Source: a virus (Duplodnaviria > Heunggongvirae > Uroviricota > Caudoviricetes). From it: 64,000 bases of DNA. The stretch covers positions 178,490 to 242,489 of the IMG/VR virus record IMGVR_UViG_3300028887_000068, one strand, 5' to 3'. The position numbers were made by a program, and so were the translations under genes. How positions within the stretch are numbered: the stretch's first letter is position 1; each line of letters opens with the position of its first letter. The notes under the pieces are model-generated. The model saw only the letters and a list, made by a program, of their open reading frames with translations. It had not been told where the DNA came from and made no database searches. Below are positions 47,421-57,438 of the stretch, piece after piece.

Positions 47421-49029
47421 ACGCACCCTTGAATTTGACCTTCTTTTCAGCCTGAATGTTAGCAACTTGAGATTCGACTTCCTCAAGATTGTCATTAACC
47501 AATTCTTCGTCTTCTTCGTTCTCAGCTTCACCCACTTCAGTATAGTCTACAGCCGTCTTGTCAGAGCGATACGGCTCTAGTTCAGGATACTTGATTGGGT
47601 TATCACCATTTGCTCGTTTCTTGTCATAAATCTTATTGAACAATCTGGTACGGTTGTTAGACAATACTAGACCGCATTTCGTAATGAAGAACCACTCGAT
47701 GAAGTTGCGAAGCATGGTTGTCTTTGTAAGCACTTTATTTTCACGAGTATGGGTCAACCCACGGAACAACATGATAGTATCAACGTCACTGACCTTCTCT
47801 TCAATCCAGTACATGACAAGAGTATCTTGCCCAGAGTATTTACAGAACAACGGATAATTTTCATACGGAAAGTCAGCCATTTCGATATCATCATGTTCAA
47901 CCTTACGAACCTTGATGACATTCTCAGCCAACCAGTCAAGAGAGTAGTCTTCAGGGCTAGAGTTACGGATGGCGTAATAGTTCTGCTGCATGTCTATGAT
48001 AGAATAGAAAGCAGGAATATAGTAACCATCGTGCTTCTTCTTGATATCCTTAGCGAAGCGGTCAGCCTTATAGTATGCTCTGCGATAGTCCTTCGGGAAT
48101 TCCTTCGGAGCAATGATATCACCAGGATCGTACCCGAGATTCTCCAATCTTCTGATGGTGAAACCCCAGTCGAAGCCGTGGTTGAAAGCGATGACAACAT
48201 CTGCTGCAAACCTGTAGTTGAGATCATTGAAGTGATCCGTAATCAAGTCAATTTCTTTTCCATAGAACTTGATTTCAACATTGATGTGCGGTTTCGGAAT
48301 TTCCTTAAAGATAGATTTCTGAATAGCGTTCCACTCGTCTTCGTATTTCTTACGAATGTTCTCAATGTCTGCCTTGAATTCGTTAATCTGCGGATTCTTT
48401 TCCACATACTGACCGTCAACAGAGTCATCGAGGAATCTCAACACAAGCGTAGATGTTCTTGTATCGAAGCAAGAGATAGCGTTAATCGGAGTGATGGCTT
48501 CATCTGCTTCCACGAAACGACGAATCTTTCTGTTATCGCATTCGATATCCCAAAAGACTTTGTTAAGGCGAATGGATTTATCTTCGCCACCATTCGGTTC
48601 GAGCTTAGTATCGAAGAATCTACGAATATAGTGGTCAGCCAAGTCAACATCTGCACCGTGAACGAACGGACAGAGGAAGAAGTTCTCAGGACTGACTTTG
48701 TTCTTTCTAAATCTGTCTAAGAGAGCATAGTTGGCATCTGCCTTTTCCTTATCGAAGGTGGCTTGATAGTCAATGATGGCTTCATAAATGTTCTTATACT
48801 CGCACTCAATCTCTTCCGTTTCGTTAACCGGAACGACATACGGGTTACTACCATGCTTCTCAACAAACTCAGGCTTCGATACATGGAACCTGACTGTCGG
48901 ATTGTCATCGAAGTCGAACTTGCGTACACCATTCTCATAATAGACAGTGAGAACGCCAGTATTGTATGGCTTCACGTCCGTCTTAGTAACGAGCTTCTTT
49001 ACTGAAATAAGCTTGTACTTCTTTTCCAT
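47421..49029 (-). CDS. Family B DNA polymerase N-terminal subunit (3'-5' exonuclease), exon 1
   Basis: ExoI WDIE, ExoII FNHGFDWGF, YSLDWLA, ExoIII YSGQD; ends at KFKGA. Confidence 0.88.
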
Positions 49030-49088
49030 AATGTTCCTCTCTAGTTTTCTCGCATTTATTAGTTCGGAATATAAAAAGATAGAGAGTC

Positions 49089-49835
49089 TTAGCTCTCTAT
49101 CTCTACGACTTCAATATCCTTGCCACGGAATTTAGCCTTGGGAATGATACCGGACGAGTCAATCACGGCTTTCTCGTCGGCTTCAATACCGAGCAGATCC
49201 TTATCCATAAGAACTGTTCCGGCGTCGCTGCTGGCTGTAAGGTCAATGACAAAGATCTCGCCATCTTTATTGGCAACAATCTCGTACTCATCGGTAGTAA
49301 CTGGGATGTCTACAAGTTCTTCAATACCTTCGCTCTCGGGGTCTGCTTCAGGTTCAGGCGGAACATAGGCTTCCTGTTTAAAGTCAGGGGCTTCATTTTC
49401 TGCCTGGGATACCTTGGCAACTTCCTTAGACTTCTCTAGCTGTTCCTTTGCTTGGGCCTCAAAGTCTTCCTCATCAAGCACTTCGGCTTCTATGGTTTGC
49501 TTAGGACGATACCCAACGCCATTCTGCGATAGGATATCGACAAGCTCGCCGACATTGAAACTTCCGCCACCGCCATCGAGAAGCTGCTTTTGAAGTTCTT
49601 GCTTGTACTTCTTTTCCTTCAGGGTCATGATACCCTTAATAGCAGATATCTTGGCATTCTTGATAGCGATAAGATTACCAGTCTGAAGATGGGTGAATGC
49701 TAGACTTCCTCTAGACCTAGAGTTTATCACATTCTGAAGCATAGCCTTGGAGTTGTTATACAGAGCGTCCAACTCGGCTGCTTCATTCTTCAATGCGTTA
49801 ATCTCTTCATCAAAATTGGATCCTTGAACTTCCAT
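49089..49835 (-). CDS. Hypothetical protein (coiled-coil N-terminus, acidic)
   Basis: 248-aa ORF. Confidence 0.7.
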   Translation of the reverse strand: MEVQGSNFDEEINALKNEAAELDALYNNSKAMLQNVINSRSRGSLAFTHLQTGNLIAIKNAKISAIKGIMTLKEKKYKQELQKQLLDGGGGSFNVGELVDILSQNGVGYRPKQTIEAEVLDEEDFEAQAKEQLEKSKEVAKVSQAENEAPDFKQEAYVPPEPEADPESEGIEELVDIPVTTDEYEIVANKDGEIFVIDLTASSDAGTVLMDKDLLGIEADEKAVIDSSGIIPKAKFRGKDIEVVEIES

Positions 49836-49885
49836 ACATTAATCCTTCGGTTAGAAAATAGTGTCTCCGTTAAGAGACACTGTAT

Positions 49886-50281
49886 TTATTTCAGGTGGAG
49901 AGCCTTGTTGACAGCTTCTCCTAGGTTCTCGGCATTGACACCACCATTGGATAACACGATGGCCCTAGCACGACCGCCGTACTTCTGTCTGAGTTTCTCT
50001 CTGAAGAATCTCCACTTATCGCGGAATATCTTGAATTTTCCGTAGAGAGGATCGCCGTTAGCCTTGGCAAGTAGGACGCACACCTTTGAGACCTTCTTAT
50101 CGATGACACCTTGGGTAGTCCAGTTCATACGCTTAACCATCAAGCCTTCGTTAGCGGTGTCTTCTTCGTTTCCATAGTCTTCACGGAATACATCCATAGT
50201 GTCATTCATAATCTCCGTGAAGATCTCTCTATCTTCTACAGAGAGCTTGTCCATAAATTCTTTGATTTCAGATGCTTCCAT
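49886..50281 (-). CDS. Putative internal head protein; start revised to MEASE
   Basis: Acidic leader ending TANE/G then a basic domain; promoter 50300-50311, SD gagga. Confidence 0.5.
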   Translation of the reverse strand: MEASEIKEFMDKLSVEDREIFTEIMNDTMDVFREDYGNEEDTANEGLMVKRMNWTTQGVIDKKVSKVCVLLAKANGDPLYGKFKIFRDKWRFFREKLRQKYGGRARAIVLSNGGVNAENLGEAVNKALHLK

Positions 50282-50377
50282 AGTATCCTCATTATTTTTC
50301 AATCATGAGTTAAGGGAAAAATAAACCTATAAGGTTTTACCCTTATAGGTTTACGAAACACTAGAAACGAAGCCGAA

Positions 50378-51448
50378 TTAGTCTTCCTTATAGTCGTCCT
50401 TTTCCATCGAGCCAGCCATAGAATAGAGGCGCATAACGAGGGCAGTAGCCTTCTTGTAAGCACCGAGCTGACGACGGCAGAAGAGTGTAGCAGTCGTACC
50501 GACCTTAGACACAGCCTTCTGAATCTTCTTGATGCGCTTGAGTTCACGAGCACCAGACTTGCCAGCATCAGCAGCGAGCTTCTTAGCGAGGTTCACTTCG
50601 GTGTCGAGGAGCTTGATAGCATCGTAGCACTTGAGGATCGGATCAGCTTGCATCTTGCCAACGAGGAGCTTTGCAGCAGCCAAGGCAGAGCGGATGATCT
50701 GTTCGTTGTTCTGGTCACTATTGAGAGTCAAAGCGCCGATAAAGTTGCCGTCAAGACGTTCGAGCCACTTGCTGTTTGCACCCTTGGTTTCAACATCAGC
50801 GTGCAACTTGTTTGCGTAACCCGGCGTACTGCCATTTTCATCCTTAATCTTCGGAATTTCGTCAAGGATGGATTCGAGTTCGCCAACATTGTCATTCTGG
50901 CTGTCGCTGTAGCTGCCACCGAATGCTTCGGACTTGCCCATCTGGGTATTAAGCTTCTTGAAAGCCTTGTCAGTCTGGGTAAGGAACTTGTCCACAGCAG
51001 TCTTGGTGATAAACCAAATGCCGTTGGCGGCCTTCTTGACTTCAACGTTCCACTTGGTCACACGTTCCGGCTTCGGAGCATTTTCCTTCCAGTCATCATT
51101 CTTAGCCTTGGCAGTAGCCTTAGCGATGATACGCTTGAGAGCGCTTGCGATAGCACCAGAACGGAGGGACACGATAGCCTGAGACACGAAGGCACGAACC
51201 TTACGAGCAAATTCAACGAGCCATTTCCAGATCTTAGTACCAACTTCTTTTGCCTTGTCAGCCACAGCTGCCATAGCGTCACCGATAGCTTCGGCACCAA
51301 CGGTCATGCAAAGACGACCATCTTCTTCGATGAGAGCGACTTCTGCTTCACCGCAGAATTCAGCACCTTCGCAGGCCATCGTAAGAATGTCGACGTGAGA
51401 GACGGGTTCAACAGAAGCACCGCCGTTTGCGAATTGTTCAAAGTACAT
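50378..51448 (-). CDS. Putative internal head/virion protein; start revised to MYFEQF
   Basis: Acidic leader with ACE/GAE sites, then KIWKWLVEF amphipathic helix; codon bias of highly expressed genes; promoter 51515-51526. Confidence 0.55.
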   Translation of the reverse strand: MYFEQFANGGASVEPVSHVDILTMACEGAEFCGEAEVALIEEDGRLCMTVGAEAIGDAMAAVADKAKEVGTKIWKWLVEFARKVRAFVSQAIVSLRSGAIASALKRIIAKATAKAKNDDWKENAPKPERVTKWNVEVKKAANGIWFITKTAVDKFLTQTDKAFKKLNTQMGKSEAFGGSYSDSQNDNVGELESILDEIPKIKDENGSTPGYANKLHADVETKGANSKWLERLDGNFIGALTLNSDQNNEQIIRSALAAAKLLVGKMQADPILKCYDAIKLLDTEVNLAKKLAADAGKSGARELKRIKKIQKAVSKVGTTATLFCRRQLGAYKKATALVMRLYSMAGSMEKDDYKED

Positions 51449-51543
51449 AATTATGTTCCTTGTTTGAAAAGTTTTACATAGAATTACGGATTTTCTTCGG
51501 TCATGACCCGTATTCAATGCTTAGTTAAAAATATCACTCAATT

Positions 51544-51957
51544 TTAAAGCGAATTTTCTATATCTTTTACAGTGAGACCATTGAAGTCTCCTTCGGCTAT
51601 AGTTACGAGATTAATCTTCCTTGAGAGTATTTCTTCCCGTATCTTATCTGGGAATGCGCCAAATGCACCGCCGGAGAGTCTAGCCCAAATATTATTCCCC
51701 ATTATAGCAATCCTTTCAGAGACAAACCATATGAGAATCTTTAACTCCTGTTGAAACCCAATCTCTCTACCGAGTCTCTTTCCTATGATGGAGACTAGTT
51801 TCGTATCCTTATTCTCCAATATCTTCAGAACAAGAGTGGAAAGCATTTCCTTATTGCCTACTGGTGTCTTGGAAACAAACTGCTTGGCAACGTCATTATA
51901 TTTATTTAGAAAGTCTTTCAGTGTGATTTCAGTAACATCGACAGATATTTCTTCCAT
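51544..51957 (-). CDS. Hypothetical protein
   Basis: 137 aa, TATATT-type upstream motif. Confidence 0.6.
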   Translation of the reverse strand: MEEISVDVTEITLKDFLNKYNDVAKQFVSKTPVGNKEMLSTLVLKILENKDTKLVSIIGKRLGREIGFQQELKILIWFVSERIAIMGNNIWARLSGGAFGAFPDKIREEILSRKINLVTIAEGDFNGLTVKDIENSL

Positions 51958-52010
51958 CAGAACCCCACTATATAAATATAGCTGAAGATTTCTCTTCAGC
52001 TATGAGTTCA

Positions 52011-52730
52011 TTACTTGATGCAGTGATCAGGCTGTGTAAGACCGAATCTGCCGAGCTTACGGTTTTCTTCGAGGAACGGAGAGAGGGTCTGCATAAAGTC
52101 CACGAGGAGCTTTTCGACTTCGTCAGGAACAATATAACGACCACGCTTGATCTGTGTATAGAACCACTTAATCGGGTCTACACCGAGTTCTTCAGCGACA
52201 GAACACCAGTCAGCTGCCATTTCCATGAGAGAATAGTAGTTGTATCTGTACGGCTTATGGTCTTCGCCAAACATGGTGCAACGAGCCAAATGATACATAC
52301 CGCATTCAACATGGTGATCATTGTTGCGACGGTGAAGCATCATGTAGTATTCACCCATTTCACGTTCTTTTTCAGTGATTTGGAATTCGCCGTTAGTAGC
52401 GTGATTGAAGTGACGAAGAGCAAGATAACGAAGTGCTTCAGGATCCTTGAACTTGTCTTCATCGTGATGCTTGACAACATTTTCAAAGTGTGACAATGCT
52501 GCTGCTTCAAATCCCGGAATAGGATGCTTGCCAGACAAGTCTGTACGCTTCTTGAGTTCGTAGTAAAGCGTCTTGTAATAGGAACGAGTGACCTTGGCAT
52601 GTTGGATGGTTTCAGCCTTGTAGATTTCAATGATCTTATCTACATCAATCGTTTCCTTTTCGGGAGTTGCAACCTGTGCTTCTGCCTGTTCAGTTTCTTT
52701 GAGTTCTTGAGACTGTGTTTCTTCAGCCAT
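52011..52730 (-). CDS. HD-like metal-binding protein (DUF5662-like)
   Basis: H..V, HDEDKF, HRRNNDHH.E, EMAADW pattern. Confidence 0.6.
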   Translation of the reverse strand: MAEETQSQELKETEQAEAQVATPEKETIDVDKIIEIYKAETIQHAKVTRSYYKTLYYELKKRTDLSGKHPIPGFEAAALSHFENVVKHHDEDKFKDPEALRYLALRHFNHATNGEFQITEKEREMGEYYMMLHRRNNDHHVECGMYHLARCTMFGEDHKPYRYNYYSLMEMAADWCSVAEELGVDPIKWFYTQIKRGRYIVPDEVEKLLVDFMQTLSPFLEENRKLGRFGLTQPDHCIK

Positions 52731-52846
52731 AGTGTTTCTCCATTGTTAGGTGGTTTCCATTCCTTAGTTCGGTATATCGTAGAATTACCACTGGCGATCG
52801 TATATAATTATAGGCTATTAACCACTAAAAAATAACAGGAGTAAAA

Positions 52847-52948
52847 ATGAAACTAGATTACAAATCACTTTGCCCGGTATACACATTTGGCCCAATTTTT
52901 AAGATTCCGATAGGGAGCTCACAGTTCCCGAAGATTCCGAAAAAGTAA
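52847..52948 (+). CDS. Small peptide (33 aa, not in the ORF track)
   Basis: MKLDYKSLCPVYTFGPIFKIPIGSSQFPKIPKK; SD aggag; TATATAATTATAGG upstream; hairpin plus T tract downstream. Confidence 0.45.
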   Translation: MKLDYKSLCPVYTFGPIFKIPIGSSQFPKIPKK

Positions 52949-53045
52949 AATACCGTGCAACGAGCGGTGACCACAAGGGCGGTATGACATTTGTCATATC
53001 GCTCTTATTTTTTTGTTGAACTATAAAATGAAAGGAGTAAAATAA

Positions 53046-53759
53046 ATGGAAAATATTGAAGAGATTATAAATGCTCACATTGAGAAGGAAAACCAGATTA
53101 ATGTGAAGCATCATGACGGAACCGTCACTGCGGATTATTTTCGCGAGACTTTTAAAAGAGAAAAAATTTTAGACTCTAGAGACTACAACACATTCATTAA
53201 AGCATGTGAGCGTATGGTGCGTCAGTCTGACGAGTATAAGACCTTTATTTATAAAGTGCATAATGAACTCGGTGGCGAAGGCATTAAGTCATGCAATATT
53301 CTTGGAATGGTTACTGGGGAAGAAGCTACGCTTGAGGTAGACCACTATCCGTTTACTCTCTATGAGATCTGCTCTGCCGTTACCAATAAATTTATCCGCC
53401 AGAAGATACCTTTTAATACTTTCATGGTTGCCGATGAAGTCATGCGTCTGCACTTCGACCTGAAGGTAGGCTTTACTGTTCTCGCTAAGACTGTGCATCA
53501 GCTCCGCCATAGTGGAAAGGTATTTATCCCATTGAACAATGTTGCAGGTCACTTCATGGAATTCTTTAAGGAATACAAAGAAGACCTTGAACCGGAGACT
53601 CTTACCAGCTTTACTAAGCTCATCGATATGACACAGAAGGGATACAGAATGAATAAGGATGAGAACTTCCTAACGGTTAAACAACAGGAGATCTATTCTC
53701 CAGACGAAATCCCGCAGATAGGTTTCAATGGAACGTCCGATCTCTCTAATGATGATTGA
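53046..53759 (+). CDS. His-rich HNH-like protein, paralog 1
   Basis: ERMVRQSDEYK, C.ILG, EVDHYPFTL, H..KVG..L.KTVHQLRHSG. Confidence 0.6.
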   Translation: MENIEEIINAHIEKENQINVKHHDGTVTADYFRETFKREKILDSRDYNTFIKACERMVRQSDEYKTFIYKVHNELGGEGIKSCNILGMVTGEEATLEVDHYPFTLYEICSAVTNKFIRQKIPFNTFMVADEVMRLHFDLKVGFTVLAKTVHQLRHSGKVFIPLNNVAGHFMEFFKEYKEDLEPETLTSFTKLIDMTQKGYRMNKDENFLTVKQQEIYSPDEIPQIGFNGTSDLSNDD

Positions 53760-53767
53760 GGTAAACA

Positions 53768-54535
53768 ATGAAATTGCCGACAGACTTGATAGAAGAAGAA
53801 AAACAAAAATCACAAGAGAATTCCTTACAGAAAGTAACGATTAAAGATACGGACAAATTTGAGGGTTACGCTTCATTCGCGAATCTTGAATACCTGAAAG
53901 ATGACTACAAAGCCAAGGCTAAGTATATAAAATATTTAGAGAGGCTTGTAAGAGGATCTCAGGAGCTGAAGGATTATCTCTCATTCCTGAAGGAAAATGC
54001 AGAGATGAATGATTGTGCCATCCTTGCGGGCGTCAACCGTGAAGATTGCCGTATCGAGATCCATCACTTCCCGTTTTCTCTATTCGATATTACCCGTATT
54101 GTATTGGATGATGCTCTCGCTAATAACGAAGATGTATCGAGCTTTACTATTGTAGGGAGAGTGGTGCTGGAGCACTACTTGGGCCATGTTGGTCTCATTC
54201 CTCTATCCTTAACGGCTCACGAGCTTGCTCACAGTGGTTCCATTACTCTATCACTGAAGAATGTGACCGGAGACTGGCAAGCGTTTGTGAAGAAGTTCGC
54301 CTATGTGATGACCAAAGATGACAGTGAGAGACTTCAGTTTCTCATTAGAGCATCGGCATCACCTGCACTTCAGACTACAAACATCCGTAAGCTTAGGATT
54401 ATCCCTAGGAAGATAGAAACTATCACAGCAATAACCAACCAAACCGGAGAATCAAATGTTTCAGTGGATACGAAACTACCTGAAGAAGAGAAGAGAGAAG
54501 AAGCAGCAGTTGATGGCTGCGAACTTCCGTTCTAG
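53768..54535 (+). CDS. His-rich HNH-like protein, paralog 2
   Basis: ERLVRGSQELK, CAILA, EIHHFPFSL, H..HVGLIPL..TAHELAHSG. Confidence 0.6.
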   Translation: MKLPTDLIEEEKQKSQENSLQKVTIKDTDKFEGYASFANLEYLKDDYKAKAKYIKYLERLVRGSQELKDYLSFLKENAEMNDCAILAGVNREDCRIEIHHFPFSLFDITRIVLDDALANNEDVSSFTIVGRVVLEHYLGHVGLIPLSLTAHELAHSGSITLSLKNVTGDWQAFVKKFAYVMTKDDSERLQFLIRASASPALQTTNIRKLRIIPRKIETITAITNQTGESNVSVDTKLPEEEKREEAAVDGCELPF

Positions 54536-54878
54536 CTACCTAATGAAATACGGTCTCAACCAGGAGCGTGACTTCTCACTCCTGAAAGACCTTATTAATA
54601 AGCACACGAAGCACTATGTATCAGTGCTTACAGCCGTAGCCAAGAACCGTGAACAGACCGAGCTAGTGAACTCCACCAAGAGTATGGAAGACATTACTAA
54701 TCTCGTCTCGCAGACGGTAGGCGAGATTTCCGAATCATATAGGAATATCTTGTTCATCTACTTCGGAACTATGGACAACCTTGTCAACTACATTACACTT
54801 GAATACAATGTAATTCAACACGCTGTAATTGAGTGCAATAAAGCTAAGATAAGCCAGATAAAAGGCTTTCCCATCTAA
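54456..54878 (+). CDS. Hypothetical protein (start uncertain)
   Basis: ORF filling the gap; overlaps the upstream gene. Confidence 0.55.
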   Translation: MFQWIRNYLKKRREKKQQLMAANFRSSYLMKYGLNQERDFSLLKDLINKHTKHYVSVLTAVAKNREQTELVNSTKSMEDITNLVSQTVGEISESYRNILFIYFGTMDNLVNYITLEYNVIQHAVIECNKAKISQIKGFPI

Positions 54879-54920
54879 AAATCGAAAGAACTCCTTGTTG
54901 AGAACAACAAGGAGATTTTT

Positions 54921-55469
54921 ATGTACGATAAAGTAGAAGAGACCGTCTTAATCTTGCCGAAGTCTGGCATTAGAATGTCTTTATTGGTGAGAACCGATGA
55001 AGAGACATTCCGTGAGACGACTACAAACAACGGAGACAAGTGTCTGAGAGTCATGACGAGCGATTACATCATGATTTCATTGAGGGATCGTGATGTCTAC
55101 GCTTCAGTCTCTATTTCCTATTTCTGTCTGGAGACTTTCAAAGAAGGTCTGAAGGAATGTTTGCAGTTCATTCAAGATTCTATCATTGATGACGGCAGCT
55201 CTTACAGCGTGGATCCTAAGAAAGCAGCTGGGTTTAAGATCGAGAATCTGTGTAACAACCGTTCGCTTCTGTTCACTCCATACATTGATGCGGACGAAGA
55301 CGGCAACCAGACTCCGGGTGTAACAATCTGGTTCTCAGATGAAATCTCGGCGTTCGTGGCTTACAATGACTTTGAAGCATTGGTGAATACCTGTTTGCAC
55401 TTCGATCTCTATATGGCTTCGAAACTGTTGCTAAATAATGCCATGCTGTACGAAATGCAAAAGAAATAA
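54921..55469 (+). CDS. Hypothetical protein
   Basis: 182 aa; SD lies inside a 10-bp hairpin. Confidence 0.7.
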   Translation: MYDKVEETVLILPKSGIRMSLLVRTDEETFRETTTNNGDKCLRVMTSDYIMISLRDRDVYASVSISYFCLETFKEGLKECLQFIQDSIIDDGSSYSVDPKKAAGFKIENLCNNRSLLFTPYIDADEDGNQTPGVTIWFSDEISAFVAYNDFEALVNTCLHFDLYMASKLLLNNAMLYEMQKK

Positions 55470-55504
55470 AAAAAAAACATAGGCGAAAGCCTATGTTTCT
55501 ATTT

Positions 55505-56677
55505 TTATTTTAGTCTGTCAACATCGATGTTACGGACGTGGTCAATAGCGTCCAATATCACATCGGTCAATGAGATATTGCAGAACCAGTCTACCTTTTC
55601 GATATACATGTCGTCCCTAGCTTCAGGCTCAAGGATTCTACGGATACTGTCGGGAAGTCTTCTAATAAGGAACCCGAGTACAGCTTTAGCATTATCCGTG
55701 AACTTGCAATCTTCAAAGACTAACGGGCCAAGATCGTATGAAACGATTTGGTCGTATGCACAATCGAAATTGGTAACATAAGGTTTAAAGTTCGTGTAGA
55801 AGGTCTCGGATTTCCCATCCTTGACTTTCTCACGTATTTCCTTCATGCGTTCGAGAGGCGTAGGGTCAAGCTTGTCACCGCCTTCTGCGTTTTCTCTCAG
55901 GTAGCTGAGGATCTCAATCATACCGTCAAGAGTCATCAGAGAGACATAATAAGGCTTTTCCATTATCTCGCGATTGGTAAGACTGATGGCAAGAGTTATG
56001 CCACTGGTGTTATTATCCAGAGAGATAGTAGTGCCACGCTCAGGATTCTTCTTAGCCATACGGTCTGCATAAGCTTGCGCCACCTTGTAATCGGAGAATC
56101 TCAGAATGTCAGACAGGCATCCATTGATGTCCATTTCATCGGCTGTTTCAACACCGTTTCTTAGCATGATGTTAAGCAGCTTGGTAGTCATGGTGCAATC
56201 CGGATCATCCTTGAGATTGAACATCTCCGGGTTTTCTTTAGCCATCCGCTGTATGCGTTCAACACCCTTAGAATTCCAGTATGTGATCTGCCCAAGAGTA
56301 GCCATCATTCTGGCAAAGCCATCAGTCTCGTTCTTAACCATGAAGCAGATTGCGGAATCGATGTATGCTGTAAGAACGAGGGCTTTTCCTGTTAGTGTCT
56401 GGCTTATTTCCATCTTTCGCTTTGCAAATACGTTGAGAGTTCTTACAATACTCTCTGACATGTTTCTTGCGTTTATAACCCAGACATCGTCGTATGCCTT
56501 GTATGTCGTTCTCGTCGATACAACGATGGCGGCATTCAGCATAGCTTCAAAATTCTTTTCAGTTTCTTCTTTGGTATCGGAAGAGATAGCCTTGATCATG
56601 TTCTCATTGAACGAGGTCATGGCTACCGCTACCGAGAGTCTTCCTGATGTAGTATTAGGCAGACTGTCTATTTTCAC
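55505..56677 (-). CDS. Hypothetical protein
   Basis: 390 aa, GTGA-coupled to rusA. Confidence 0.7.
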   Translation of the reverse strand: MKIDSLPNTTSGRLSVAVAMTSFNENMIKAISSDTKEETEKNFEAMLNAAIVVSTRTTYKAYDDVWVINARNMSESIVRTLNVFAKRKMEISQTLTGKALVLTAYIDSAICFMVKNETDGFARMMATLGQITYWNSKGVERIQRMAKENPEMFNLKDDPDCTMTTKLLNIMLRNGVETADEMDINGCLSDILRFSDYKVAQAYADRMAKKNPERGTTISLDNNTSGITLAISLTNREIMEKPYYVSLMTLDGMIEILSYLRENAEGGDKLDPTPLERMKEIREKVKDGKSETFYTNFKPYVTNFDCAYDQIVSYDLGPLVFEDCKFTDNAKAVLGFLIRRLPDSIRRILEPEARDDMYIEKVDWFCNISLTDVILDAIDHVRNIDVDRLK

Positions 56678-57195
56678 TTTTTCGGCTCCCTGAATTTGAT
56701 ATGGAATAATACCCTAGGAGTAGCAGAGTAATACTTATCGCAACCTTCGTTTACAACAAGCTTATCATCATCCCAGAGTACGTTGTTAGCCGCATCCATG
56801 AACAACTTTGCGTAGTTATCCACGTCCGGCTTCGTAAGCGGACGGAGTAATCCTTCTTCATACAAAGGCATCTCGTAATCCTTAACGGTCTTAGGAGCTT
56901 TCTTGTATGAATCCATCTTGAAATAGATGGCTGTATCGCGAATCATGGAGACCCCAGCATCTTTCATCGCATCCAGAATGTAATCCCTAAAGATCTTCTT
57001 GGTAGAAGTATTGGGGTCATACATGGACAGGAACTTACCGTTCTTATCCATTCTGGCACGTTCGCGTTGCCAAGCCTTCGGTTCTCCCATAATCTCTATC
57101 GTGATTTCCTTCCACTGGAAGTCATTGATGAGATGGATGCGGAGTTCCTTAGTCTTCTGAGCTATCTTCTCTTCTTTAGTAAGGGTGCTAGCCAT
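56674..57195 (-). CDS. rusA: RusA-family Holliday junction resolvase; start revised to MASTL
   Basis: GEPKAWQRER, KPDVDNYAKLFMDA.N..WDDD.LV..K.Y. Confidence 0.88.
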   Translation of the reverse strand: MASTLTKEEKIAQKTKELRIHLINDFQWKEITIEIMGEPKAWQRERARMDKNGKFLSMYDPNTSTKKIFRDYILDAMKDAGVSMIRDTAIYFKMDSYKKAPKTVKDYEMPLYEEGLLRPLTKPDVDNYAKLFMDAANNVLWDDDKLVVNEGCDKYYSATPRVLFHIKFREPKK

Positions 57196-57438
57196 AATTT
57201 CCTCTTTGTTAGATTGTGAATTATAATCTATAAAAAGTTCATTTGATACATGAATTATTCGTCCTTGATATAATATGGCGTCCAAATTTGCACTGAAATT
57301 ATAGTCTTTTCCGGAGGCCCATCTAACTATACATTGAAAATGTCTAGGATCCTAGTACAGTAGACATTTCTCTTGGAGCTAGGATAACATTAAGTCCTGG
57401 TTCCGTTTTCTCACAATCAAAAATAAAAGGATACAATT

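Noticed and set aside
47419-47421. Premature stop suggesting a polymerase pseudogene or stop-codon recoding
   Set aside because: The TAA straddles the intron 5' splice site; other genes end normally at TAA, TAG and TGA
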